Source: an uncultured delta proteobacterium (GTDB lineage: Bacteria; Desulfobacterota; Binatia; HRBIN30; BPIQ01). From it: a stretch of DNA of 64,000 nucleotides. Below, in pieces: positions 38,238-46,261 of this stretch. The DNA lies in assembly GCA_963761335.1 (NCBI GenBank), contig CAVXGR010000018.1, positions 288,001 through 352,000 of the forward strand, written 5' to 3'. Numbering within the stretch: the stretch's first letter is position 1; every line of letters starts with the position of its first letter. The notes below the pieces were generated by a model. That model was not told where the DNA came from and did no database searches. It saw nothing but the letters and a program-made list of their open reading frames with translations. Made by a program: the position numbers and the translations under genes.

Positions 38238-38609
38238 GGTTTCTCGGTGGCTCGGGTTCTCGGTTGTCGGGTTGGCGAGTTTACGGGTTTCGAAGCGCAG
38301 AGAGTGGAATTCGCCAGACAGGGGAACCGCGCCGCAATCCGGGGGTTGAAGAGGCCGTCTCAAAACCCGGGCAAATCGATTCCGCCGGCCCGCGGGCCAA
38401 GGTAGAAGCGGCGTCTCGCCGCTTCGGAAAGCGCCGGGACGGCGCTTCTACTTTGGTTTTGAGACAGCCTCTGAAACCCCCGGCTACCATCACGGAAGTC
38501 GGCCGGCTTGCCCGGACGGGTCGCCTTACCGAAATCCCAACCCGCGAACCCGTAAACCCGATAACCCGATAACCGAGAAACCGAGCCACCGAGCCACCGA
38601 GCCACCGAG
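38238..38609. repeat. inverted-arm tandem-octamer element, copy 2, with nested elements
   Basis: Left arm GGTTTCTC/GGTGGCTC/GGGTT..., right arm ...AACCC/GAGAAACC/GAGCCACC x3. Confidence 0.85.
38339..38483. mobile_element. 145-bp MITE-like element with 29-bp terminal inverted repeats, enclosing a REP doublet at 38402-38451
   Basis: CCGGGGGTTGAAGAGGCCGTCTCAAAACC vs GGTTTTGAGACAGCCTCTGAAACCCCCGG (26/29 complementary). Confidence 0.75.
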
Positions 38610-39845
38610 TCACACGGCGGGCAGTCCGTAGAGATCAACCGCATTCAGGCCGAGGATGCGCTGCTGCTCCGGCTCGGGCAGGCCGGCCATGGCTTCGCGG
38701 AGCTCCTGGACGACGCCGGGGATCTTGGCATCGGGATGGGGATAGTCGCTCGCCCAGATGATGCGGTCGGCGCCGACCAGCCTGCTCTCCGCCGTGAAGC
38801 GCAGTGTCGTCTCGTCGGGATCGAAGGAGATCCAGCACTGCCGCCGGAAGTACGCCGACGGCGTCATCTTCAGCTGCGGCACGTCCCACGGGAAGATCTC
38901 GTGATGGTGGTCGAGGCGCTCGAGCCAGGGGACGATCCAGCCGCCGTTGGCTTCGAGGAAGATGATCTTCAGGCGGGGAAAGCGCTCGAGGACGCCGCCG
39001 CAGATGAGCATGGTGAGCGTCGTCTGCATGTCGAAGACGTTCGACAGGGCCTGGCTGAAGAAGATGTTCTGGATGCCCACCAGGCCGGTCATCTTGGCGT
39101 CCTGCCCCCCGGCGTAGAGCGGCCGCGCCCCCGGCGCGACGAAGGCGCCGATGCCCAGGTCGCGGCAGGCGCCGGGCAGGTCGTTGGCCAGGTAGGGATG
39201 AAAGCCGATGGTCAGCTCGAGGTCCTGCAGGGTCGCCCACAGGCGGTCGTACCGGGCATCGCAGAAGAAGGCGCCATCCGGCGAGGGGTTCGGGCGCATG
39301 AACACTCCCACCAGGCCGAGATCCTTTGCCCTCCGCGCCATGCGCTCGGCGCGTTCGAGGTCGCTCTGCACGATGACCCCGATGCCAAACAGCCGCGTGG
39401 GCGCGTGATGGCAGTAATCGGCGAGCCAGCGATTGTAGGCGTCTGCCTGCGCTTCGGCGAAATCGAGGTCGGCGAAGCCGGCGATGCCGAGAAACAGGGT
39501 CGGGTAGACGACCGCCTGCTGAATGCCGTCGGTGGCCATCTCCGCGAGACGCTCCGCCGGCTTGTAGGCTCCCGGCTTCACCTCGCTGTACTTGAGCTCG
39601 CCGCGTTGGGCGCGCAGGCGCTCCTCGAGCGGCAGGCCGCCGGTGCCGGCGAGGGCGAGGAAATTGGCATTCGACACCTGGCCGCGGAAGTGCAGCCACT
39701 CGCTGCCATCGTCGCGGGTGACGACGTGAAAGCCCTGCTCGCGGTACTTCGCCGGCATGTACTCGAGCATCGCCGTGGGGTGCTCGAGCACGTGCCCGTC
39801 GGCGTCGACGATGCGGTTGTCGTGAGCGTTGCCGTTGATCGCCAT
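38610..39845 (-). CDS. amidohydrolase family protein (Amidohydro_2)
   Basis: VDADGHVLE, YNRWLADYC, GVLERFP.LK...LE, WASDYPHPD. Confidence 0.9.
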   Translation of the reverse strand: MAINGNAHDNRIVDADGHVLEHPTAMLEYMPAKYREQGFHVVTRDDGSEWLHFRGQVSNANFLALAGTGGLPLEERLRAQRGELKYSEVKPGAYKPAERLAEMATDGIQQAVVYPTLFLGIAGFADLDFAEAQADAYNRWLADYCHHAPTRLFGIGVIVQSDLERAERMARRAKDLGLVGVFMRPNPSPDGAFFCDARYDRLWATLQDLELTIGFHPYLANDLPGACRDLGIGAFVAPGARPLYAGGQDAKMTGLVGIQNIFFSQALSNVFDMQTTLTMLICGGVLERFPRLKIIFLEANGGWIVPWLERLDHHHEIFPWDVPQLKMTPSAYFRRQCWISFDPDETTLRFTAESRLVGADRIIWASDYPHPDAKIPGVVQELREAMAGLPEPEQQRILGLNAVDLYGLPAV

Positions 39846-39861
39846 GGATTCCTCCGTCGCT

Positions 39862-40245
39862 TCAGGCCAGAAGCTGTCTGCGCAGCAGCCACACGGCGCC
39901 CCAGCTGCCGCCGAGGGCCATGGCGGCGAAGGCGGCGTAGGCAGCGAAGCCGAAGCCCTGGGGCAGGGGCTGCAGCAGCGGGAAGACGATGATGTTGACG
40001 GTGACATACATCGCGTAAGCGACGCCCATGGGCATCGCGAAGGAGCGCAGCATCCACAGCCCCCAGCAGTAGACGAGCATGTAGATGCCGACCAGCGGCG
40101 CCAGCATGGCGTTGGCAATTCCGCTGAGCAGAACGCCGAAGAAGACGAGCCCGGAGCCGGCGCCGAGCGGCTTGAAGACGTCGGTCAGCGCCCGCAGCGC
40201 GATCAGCGCGGTGAGAACGCGCAGGGCAATTCTTTCGGCCTTCAT
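39862..40245 (-). CDS. hypothetical membrane protein
   Basis: About 4 hydrophobic segments; ATGA overlap with the upstream gene. Confidence 0.75.
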   Translation of the reverse strand: MKAERIALRVLTALIALRALTDVFKPLGAGSGLVFFGVLLSGIANAMLAPLVGIYMLVYCWGLWMLRSFAMPMGVAYAMYVTVNIIVFPLLQPLPQGFGFAAYAAFAAMALGGSWGAVWLLRRQLLA

Positions 40246-40736
40246 CGGGCTCCGCCTGGCGCGGCGCTGCGGCGGCGGCGCGTCGCCTTGGCCTGCGCCC
40301 GGCGTTCCGCCTCTTCCTTGAACTCGAGCACCGATTGCTTCAGCGCCTGGCGCTCGGCGAACGAGCGCAGCGGCCCGGGAATCCAGAAGCCGACGGAGAC
40401 CGCCTGGCGGCAGGTGGCGCGGCTTCGCTTCGGCGCCCGCTTCTCGAAGTCGTAGGTGCCGTGGATGGACTCGACGTCGCCCTCGACCGAGTGCCACTCC
40501 AGGTGTCCCGGCCTCTCGTAGTCGTACTGCAGCACGTAGCGGACAGTGCGCAGCTTCATGTCGACGTGGAACTCGACCAGCCGCGCCAGCCCGTCGGCGT
40601 GCCGCTCGAGCACGGCGATGCGCTCGACGGCCGTCGACCATTGCGGATAGGCGTCGAAGTCGGTGATTGTCGCGAAGCAGTCGGCGACCGACGCGTCGAC
40701 CTCCGTCGAGAACTCCTGTTCGCCTTGGATCGCCAC
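40242..40736 (-). CDS. SRPBCC / polyketide cyclase-dehydrase family protein
   Basis: ITDFDAYPQW, YVLQYDY, W.SVEGD...IHGTY. Confidence 0.82.
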   Translation of the reverse strand: MAIQGEQEFSTEVDASVADCFATITDFDAYPQWSTAVERIAVLERHADGLARLVEFHVDMKLRTVRYVLQYDYERPGHLEWHSVEGDVESIHGTYDFEKRAPKRSRATCRQAVSVGFWIPGPLRSFAERQALKQSVLEFKEEAERRAQAKATRRRRSAAPGGAR

Positions 40737-40783
40737 GGGCCGTTGTTAGTCGCAGGCGGCAGGAGACGTCAAGGGAGGGCTGT

Positions 40784-40859
40784 GGGGACAGGCTACTTTT
40801 CGGCGCAGGGACATCTAGCGGAGGATTTGGCGTTCGTCGCCGAAAAGTTGCCTGTCCCC
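40784..40859. repeat. GGGGAC...GTCCCC element (76 bp)
   Basis: Terminal inverted repeats GGGGACAGGCTACTTTTCGGCG / CGCCGAAAAGTTGCCTGTCCCC; interior is homologous (reverse strand) to 6844-6920. Confidence 0.85.
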
Positions 40860-40945
40860 GTCGTTTGCTTTCCTCCCCCGCGGAGCGGTGTTATCGTCCG
40901 GCGGCAGCATGGCGAGCATGCGCAGGAACTTCAGAGGTTGGTGAG

Positions 40946-42142
40946 ATGGTGGAGTGGGGAACGACGGCGCGGCGCGGGCGGCGACTGGCGGCGGGGCTGA
41001 TGGCTGTGGTCGCCGGCATGTTGATCCTCCTGCCGTCGCCGGCTGCCATGGCGCGCTCGTCCGGCAAGGGGAAGGCGCATGCGGTGGCGCCGGCGGTGGA
41101 CGAGCCCCATGCGGAGCTGCTGATGGACGCCGCCTCCGGCGACGTCCTCTACGAGCGCAACGGCCGCCAGCCGTGGCCGCCCGCCTCGATGTCGAAGATG
41201 ATGGTCATGCTGCTGGTCGCCGAGCGCGTCCGCGACGGCAAGATGCACTGGGACGATCCCATCCGCGCCTCGCGTCTGGCCAGCAAGATGGGCGGCTCGC
41301 AGGTGTACCTGCGGGACGGCGAGGTTTTTCCGCTCAGCGAGATGATGCAGGCGATCATCATCCACTCGGCCAACGACGCCACGGTGGCGGTCGCCGAGGC
41401 GGTGGCCGGGTCGGTCGGAGCTTTCGTCGAGCTGATGAATCAGCGGGCCGCCTCGCTCGGACTGAAGGACACCATCTACCACACGCCGCACGGCTTGCCG
41501 CCCGAGCCCAGGCAGGAGCCGAACATCACCAGTGCCCTCGACCTGGCGAAGCTCGCCCGCGAGCTGCTCAAGTACCCGGAGATCATGAAGTGGGCGGGCA
41601 CCGCCGAGGCGCCGTTTCGCAATGGCAGCTTCAAGCTGACCAATACCAATCACCTGGTGCAGACCACCAATTGGGTGGACGGCTTGAAGACGGGATACTA
41701 TCGCGAGGCGGGGTTCAACGTCACCGCCACCGGCAAGCGCAACGGCATGCGCCTGATCGCCGTGGTTCTCGGCGTCGAGCAGAAGAGGCACTGCTTCGCC
41801 GAAGCGGAGCGCCTGCTGAACCAGGGCTTCGCCGAGTACCAGCCGGTGTTCGCCGTGCACCGCGGCGACGTGGTCGCCAGCGACGTACCGGTGAAGGCGG
41901 GGACGCAGTCGTTCGTGCGCGTCGTCGCCGGCGCCGACCTGCGCGTGCTCGCCGGCAAGAACGAGAAGAAGAGATTCGTCCTGGAGCTGGCGTTGAGCGG
42001 CGAGCTGCAGGCACCGCTGGCGGCCTCCGCTCCCATCGGCGTGATCATCGTGCGCGAGGACAACCGCCAGATCGGCGAGGTGCCGGCGCTGGCGGCGGAG
42101 GCGGTCGAGCGACAGAAGTCGCTCTGGGACCGGCTCTTCTGA
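40946..42142 (+). CDS. D-alanyl-D-alanine carboxypeptidase (peptidase S11, PBP5/6-like)
   Basis: PASMSK (SxxK), SAND (SxN), GLKTG; signal peptide; start uncertain. Confidence 0.92.
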   Translation: MVEWGTTARRGRRLAAGLMAVVAGMLILLPSPAAMARSSGKGKAHAVAPAVDEPHAELLMDAASGDVLYERNGRQPWPPASMSKMMVMLLVAERVRDGKMHWDDPIRASRLASKMGGSQVYLRDGEVFPLSEMMQAIIIHSANDATVAVAEAVAGSVGAFVELMNQRAASLGLKDTIYHTPHGLPPEPRQEPNITSALDLAKLARELLKYPEIMKWAGTAEAPFRNGSFKLTNTNHLVQTTNWVDGLKTGYYREAGFNVTATGKRNGMRLIAVVLGVEQKRHCFAEAERLLNQGFAEYQPVFAVHRGDVVASDVPVKAGTQSFVRVVAGADLRVLAGKNEKKRFVLELALSGELQAPLAASAPIGVIIVREDNRQIGEVPALAAEAVERQKSLWDRLF

Positions 42143-42216
42143 GTACTGTCCCAAGTCGGGGAACATGCCCCATTGACAACGACTGCGGTTGTCTTCACGA
42201 CGGTGCGAGCGCGGGT

Positions 42217-42360
42217 TCCTTCTCCCGCATCTTCTCGCGGGAGAGGGACAGGGTGAGGGCGCCGATCTCTTTGAACGTCGCAGAAATCATAGACTTTCAG
42301 TGAGAAAGGGACCCCTCACCTTGATCCTCTCCCCGCGAAAAAGGATGCGGGGAGAGGAGA
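42217..42360. repeat. inverted pair of CCCTCACC-type palindromic repeats
   Basis: CCTTCTCCCGC..GCGGGAGAGGGACAGGGTGAGGG and CCCCTCACCTTGATCCTCTCCCCGC..GCGGGGAGAGG. Confidence 0.8.
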
Positions 42361-42472
42361 CCTTTCCCCGAGCCGGCGAAGCACAACAGGAAGGTCGGAT
42401 CGGCAACTTACACCACCCTCTTCTGAGCTCCGCTTGCATGCACCCGCGTCTGCCGTCAGAAAGGAGGACGGC

Positions 42473-43621
42473 ATGAAGCGGCTCTCGATTCTCGGCTCGA
42501 CCGGCTCGATCGGCGTCACCACTCTCGATATCGCCCGTCGCTTTCCCGATCGCTTTCGCGTCGTCGCCCTCGCCGCCGGGCGCAACATCGAGCGGCTGCG
42601 CGAGCAGGTCGACTGCTTCTCGCCGTCGCTGATCTCGGTGGCTACCGAAGAGGACGCCGAGAGGGTCGCGAGCCTGCTTCCCGGCTTCGCCGGCGAGATC
42701 TGCTGCGGCCCCGAGGGGCTGGTACGGGTCGCCACCGCCGAGGCGGACCTGCTGGTCTCGGCTCTGGTCGGCGCCGTCGGTCTGGTGCCGACGCTGGCGG
42801 CGATCGAGGCCGGGCGCGACGTGGCGCTGGCGAACAAGGAGGTACTGGTGGTCGCCGGCGAGCTGGTGACCGGCGCGGCGCGGCGCCGCGGCACGCGGCT
42901 GTTCCCCACCGACAGCGAGCACAACGCCATCTTCCAGGCGCTGCACGGCCACCGCCGCAGCGAGGTGCGCCGCATCGTGCTCACCGCCTCGGGGGGCCCC
43001 TTCCGCGGGCGCAAGCCTGCCGACCTACAAGGGGTCACCCGCGAGCAGGCGCTGCAGCATCCGACCTGGAAGATGGGCAACAAGATCACCATCGACTCGG
43101 CGACGCTGATGAACAAGGGGCTCGAGGTGATCGAGGCGCGCTGGCTCTTCGACCTCCCCGCCGAGCAGATCGACGTCGTCATCCATCCGCAGAGCATCGT
43201 CCACTCGATGGTGGAGTACCACGACGGCTCGGTGCTGGCGCAGCTCGGCATCCCCGACATGGCGATCCCGATCTCCTACGTGCTCGCCTATCCGGAGAGG
43301 CTCGACATGGGTCATCTGCCCTCGCTCGATCTCGCCGCGGCCGCCAACCTGAGTTTCGAGCAGCCCGATCTGGAGCTGTTCCCCTGCCTCTCGCTCGCCT
43401 ATCGCGCGCTCCGCGCCGGCGGCACGGCGTCGGCTGTGCTCAACGGCGCCAACGAGGTAGTGGTCGAACGCTTTCTCGCCGGCGCCATTCGCTTCGTCGA
43501 CATTCCGCGCCTGCTGGCCACCGTCATCGAGCGCCACCAGCCGGCACCGGCAAGCGACCTCGAGGCGCTGCTCGCCGCCGACCGTTGGGCGCGCGCCGAG
43601 GCCCGCTCGCTCGTCGGCTGA
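42473..43621 (+). CDS. dxr: 1-deoxy-D-xylulose-5-phosphate reductoisomerase
   Basis: ILGSTGSIG, LANKE, DSEH, TASGGPF, HPTWKMG.KITIDSATLMNKGLE. Confidence 0.97.
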   Translation: MKRLSILGSTGSIGVTTLDIARRFPDRFRVVALAAGRNIERLREQVDCFSPSLISVATEEDAERVASLLPGFAGEICCGPEGLVRVATAEADLLVSALVGAVGLVPTLAAIEAGRDVALANKEVLVVAGELVTGAARRRGTRLFPTDSEHNAIFQALHGHRRSEVRRIVLTASGGPFRGRKPADLQGVTREQALQHPTWKMGNKITIDSATLMNKGLEVIEARWLFDLPAEQIDVVIHPQSIVHSMVEYHDGSVLAQLGIPDMAIPISYVLAYPERLDMGHLPSLDLAAAANLSFEQPDLELFPCLSLAYRALRAGGTASAVLNGANEVVVERFLAGAIRFVDIPRLLATVIERHQPAPASDLEALLAADRWARAEARSLVG

Positions 43622-43628
43622 GACGCTT

Positions 43629-43890
43629 CGGTGGCTCCGTAGGTGGGTGGCTCGGTATCTCAGTGGCTCAGTGGCTCAGTGGCTCCGGTGGTTCGGTAGC
43701 TGGGTAGGTCGGTGGCTCTCGCGGGTTTTCGGGTTTCTGGGTTTTCGGGTTGGAACACTTGCGGACGGGTGAGATCCACAGTTCCGAAGACCATAACCCG
43801 AGAACCCCTGAACCCGAGAACCCGACAACCCACGGACCTGGGCCACCGAGCCACCGAGCCACCGATCCACTGAGCCGAGCCACCGAGATA
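43629..43890. repeat. inverted-arm tandem-octamer element, copy 3
   Basis: (G/A)GTGGCTC block then GGGTTTTC block, a ~40-bp spacer, then GAGAACCC block and GAGCCACC block. Confidence 0.88.
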
Positions 43891-43949
43891 CGCTTTACAG
43901 GCTCCGGTGCCGATGGTACGGATTGTCGCTTGGACGAGGAGTTCAAGGT

Positions 43950-44312
43950 TTGAACCAGAAGCAACTGAAGGCATTCCGAAAGCTGCTCGACGAGCGGCGC
44001 AGAGAGCTGCTCGACGAGGCGGAGCGCACCGTCGGCGGTATGAACGACGCGCGCGAGAACTTTCCCGATCCGACCGACCGCGCCTCGCTGGAGGGCAATC
44101 GCAACCTGCTGCTGCGCATCCGCGATCGCGAGCGCAAGCTGATCACCAAGATCGACGAGGCGATTGAGCGGATCGAGGACGGCACCTACGGCGAGTGCGA
44201 GTCCTGCGGTGGTCAGATCGCCGTGGATCGCCTCAAGGCCCGTCCGGTGACCACTCTCTGCATCGACTGCAAGGAGAGCCAGGAGGCCGACGAGCGCCGC
44301 CAGCGCGGCTGA
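43950..44312 (+). CDS. dksA: RNA polymerase-binding protein DksA
   Basis: TTG start after GAGGA; PDPTDRA, RDRERKLI.KI, YGECESCG..I...RL.ARP..TLCIDC. Confidence 0.93.
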   Translation: MNQKQLKAFRKLLDERRRELLDEAERTVGGMNDARENFPDPTDRASLEGNRNLLLRIRDRERKLITKIDEAIERIEDGTYGECESCGGQIAVDRLKARPVTTLCIDCKESQEADERRQRG

Positions 44313-44339
44313 TCCCGGCGCCGGCGGCGCGGCGCTCAA

Positions 44340-45308
44340 TCAGGGCAAGCCGTCCCCGGTCTCCCATCGGTGCCACTGCCGCAGATAGGCATCGAGGTTG
44401 TCGCGCGTGACCACGTCGATGCCGGAGTAGTGGAACACCTCGGCGGGCGGATGCCCGTCGACGATGTTCTTGAGCAGCCGCACCGACTCCTCCCCCCAGC
44501 CGAAGTACTTCTGCCCGACGAGGAGCTGCACCTTGCCGGCCCGCAGCAGGTCGGGGGCCGGCGGAATGGTATCGAAGGCGACCACCTTGGTCTTTGCGGG
44601 GTCGACTGGGTCGAGAGCGTTGCGCACGAAGACCGGCCATCCGCCGACGGAGAGCCAGCCGGCGAGGTCGGGGTAGCGCTGGGTCGCCGAGGCGATCACC
44701 TCGGCGACGCGCACCGCATCGTCGCGGACGTCGAAGGTCTCGACGATGTCGATGTCCGGATGCGAGCGCAGCGCCGCCACCGCCCCCTCGTAGCGCTTCT
44801 GCAAGTTGTCGGCGCCGAGCGAGGTGATGATCGCGACCTTGCCCTTGTCGCCGAGCAGCCGCGCCAGGCCCTCGCCGAGGGCGCGGCCGCCGTCGACGTC
44901 ATTGACCCCGTAGAAGGCCAGGCGCTTGCTGCGAGGCGCATCCGAATCCCAGGTGATCACCGGGATGCCGGCATCGACGGCGCGGTCGATGGCGTCGGTG
45001 AGCAGGTCGCCGTTCAGGCAGGAGATGGCGATGCCGTCGACGCGCTGGGTGATGAAGGACTCGAGGATCTCCTTCTGGCGGATCTCGTCCGTGCTCTGCG
45101 GCCCGCGCCAGAGAATTTCGATGCCGCCGATACGGCGCGCGGTGCGCTCGGCGCCGATGCGGGCGTAGTCGAAAACGGGAATGTGCAGCGCCTTCGGAAT
45201 GAAGGCGAAACGCAGGGGCCGAGCTCCCGACCTCTCGCGGTTGCAGCCGGCGACGCCGAGCCCCAGCGCCAGCAGCGCCGCCGCGGTCCAGATGACGTGT
45301 CTCCTCAT
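44340..45308 (-). CDS. sugar ABC transporter substrate-binding lipoprotein (RbsB-like)
   Basis: Lipobox VAGC, VDGIAIS, GIPVITWDSD. Confidence 0.9.
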   Translation of the reverse strand: MRRHVIWTAAALLALGLGVAGCNRERSGARPLRFAFIPKALHIPVFDYARIGAERTARRIGGIEILWRGPQSTDEIRQKEILESFITQRVDGIAISCLNGDLLTDAIDRAVDAGIPVITWDSDAPRSKRLAFYGVNDVDGGRALGEGLARLLGDKGKVAIITSLGADNLQKRYEGAVAALRSHPDIDIVETFDVRDDAVRVAEVIASATQRYPDLAGWLSVGGWPVFVRNALDPVDPAKTKVVAFDTIPPAPDLLRAGKVQLLVGQKYFGWGEESVRLLKNIVDGHPPAEVFHYSGIDVVTRDNLDAYLRQWHRWETGDGLP

Positions 45309-46261
45309 TGGCGCTCCCGCGTGGCCAGGCGGTCCATGACGACGATGAGTACGACGGCGACGCCGAGAATCAGTCGATCGGCGAAGGTGCCGCCGGGAAT
45401 CTGCTCCAGGGCGTTGCGCAAAACCCCGAAGATCAAGGCGCCGATGACGGCGCCCACCACCGAGGCGCGGCCACCGCTCAGGGAGGCGCCACCCACCACG
45501 GCTGCGGCGATGATGTCGAGCTCGTATCCCGTCGCCAGATCCGCCTTTCCCTGTCCCTGTACCACTGCGAGGACGACCCCGGAAAGAGCGGAGAGAAAGC
45601 CGCCGGCGACATAGACGAAGAGCTTGACGCGATCGACGCGAACGCCGGCATAGCGGGCGGCCAGCTCGTTGCCGCCGGTCGCCAGGACGTGGCGTCCGGT
45701 CGCGGTACGCACCATGACCACCTGAAAGAGAGCGGCGAGCCCGATCATGACCAGCCCGGGCCAGGCCGACAGCGGCACGCCCAGTGGCGCGTAGCTGGCC
45801 GGCAAACGCGAGGACAGATCGTAGAATCGCCCCTCGGTGATGAGAAAGGCGGCGCCGCGGCTGATTCCCATGACCCCGAGGGTGGCGATGAACGGCGGCA
45901 GCCGCACGGATATCACCAGCAGGGCCGACAGCGCGCCGCTGAGGATTCCGGTGGCGAGACCGCCGAGACAGGCGAGCCACAGCGGCCAACCGGCGCTGAC
46001 GAAGAGATTCCCGGTGATCACCGAGGCGAGAGCGATCACGGCGCCGGGCGCCAGATCGATGCCGCCCGAGCCGATGATCATCGCCGCGCCGATGGCGCCG
46101 ATGCCGTAGATGCTGGAGTACTTGAGGATGAGGGCGATGTTGGCGAAGTTGGCGAAGGTGTGGCGGCCGCCGTCGGCCGGCATCAGCACGATCGTGAAGA
46201 AGGCGAACTCGAGCGCCAGGATCAGCATGGCGCTCCAGCCGGAGACCAGGCGAAACCTCAT
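45305..46261 (-). CDS. sugar ABC transporter permease (RbsC-like)
   Basis: GGIDL, PPFIATLG, GGNE.AARYAGV, YELDIIAAAVVGGASL.GG. Confidence 0.92.
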   Translation of the reverse strand: MRFRLVSGWSAMLILALEFAFFTIVLMPADGGRHTFANFANIALILKYSSIYGIGAIGAAMIIGSGGIDLAPGAVIALASVITGNLFVSAGWPLWLACLGGLATGILSGALSALLVISVRLPPFIATLGVMGISRGAAFLITEGRFYDLSSRLPASYAPLGVPLSAWPGLVMIGLAALFQVVMVRTATGRHVLATGGNELAARYAGVRVDRVKLFVYVAGGFLSALSGVVLAVVQGQGKADLATGYELDIIAAAVVGGASLSGGRASVVGAVIGALIFGVLRNALEQIPGGTFADRLILGVAVVLIVVMDRLATRERQ

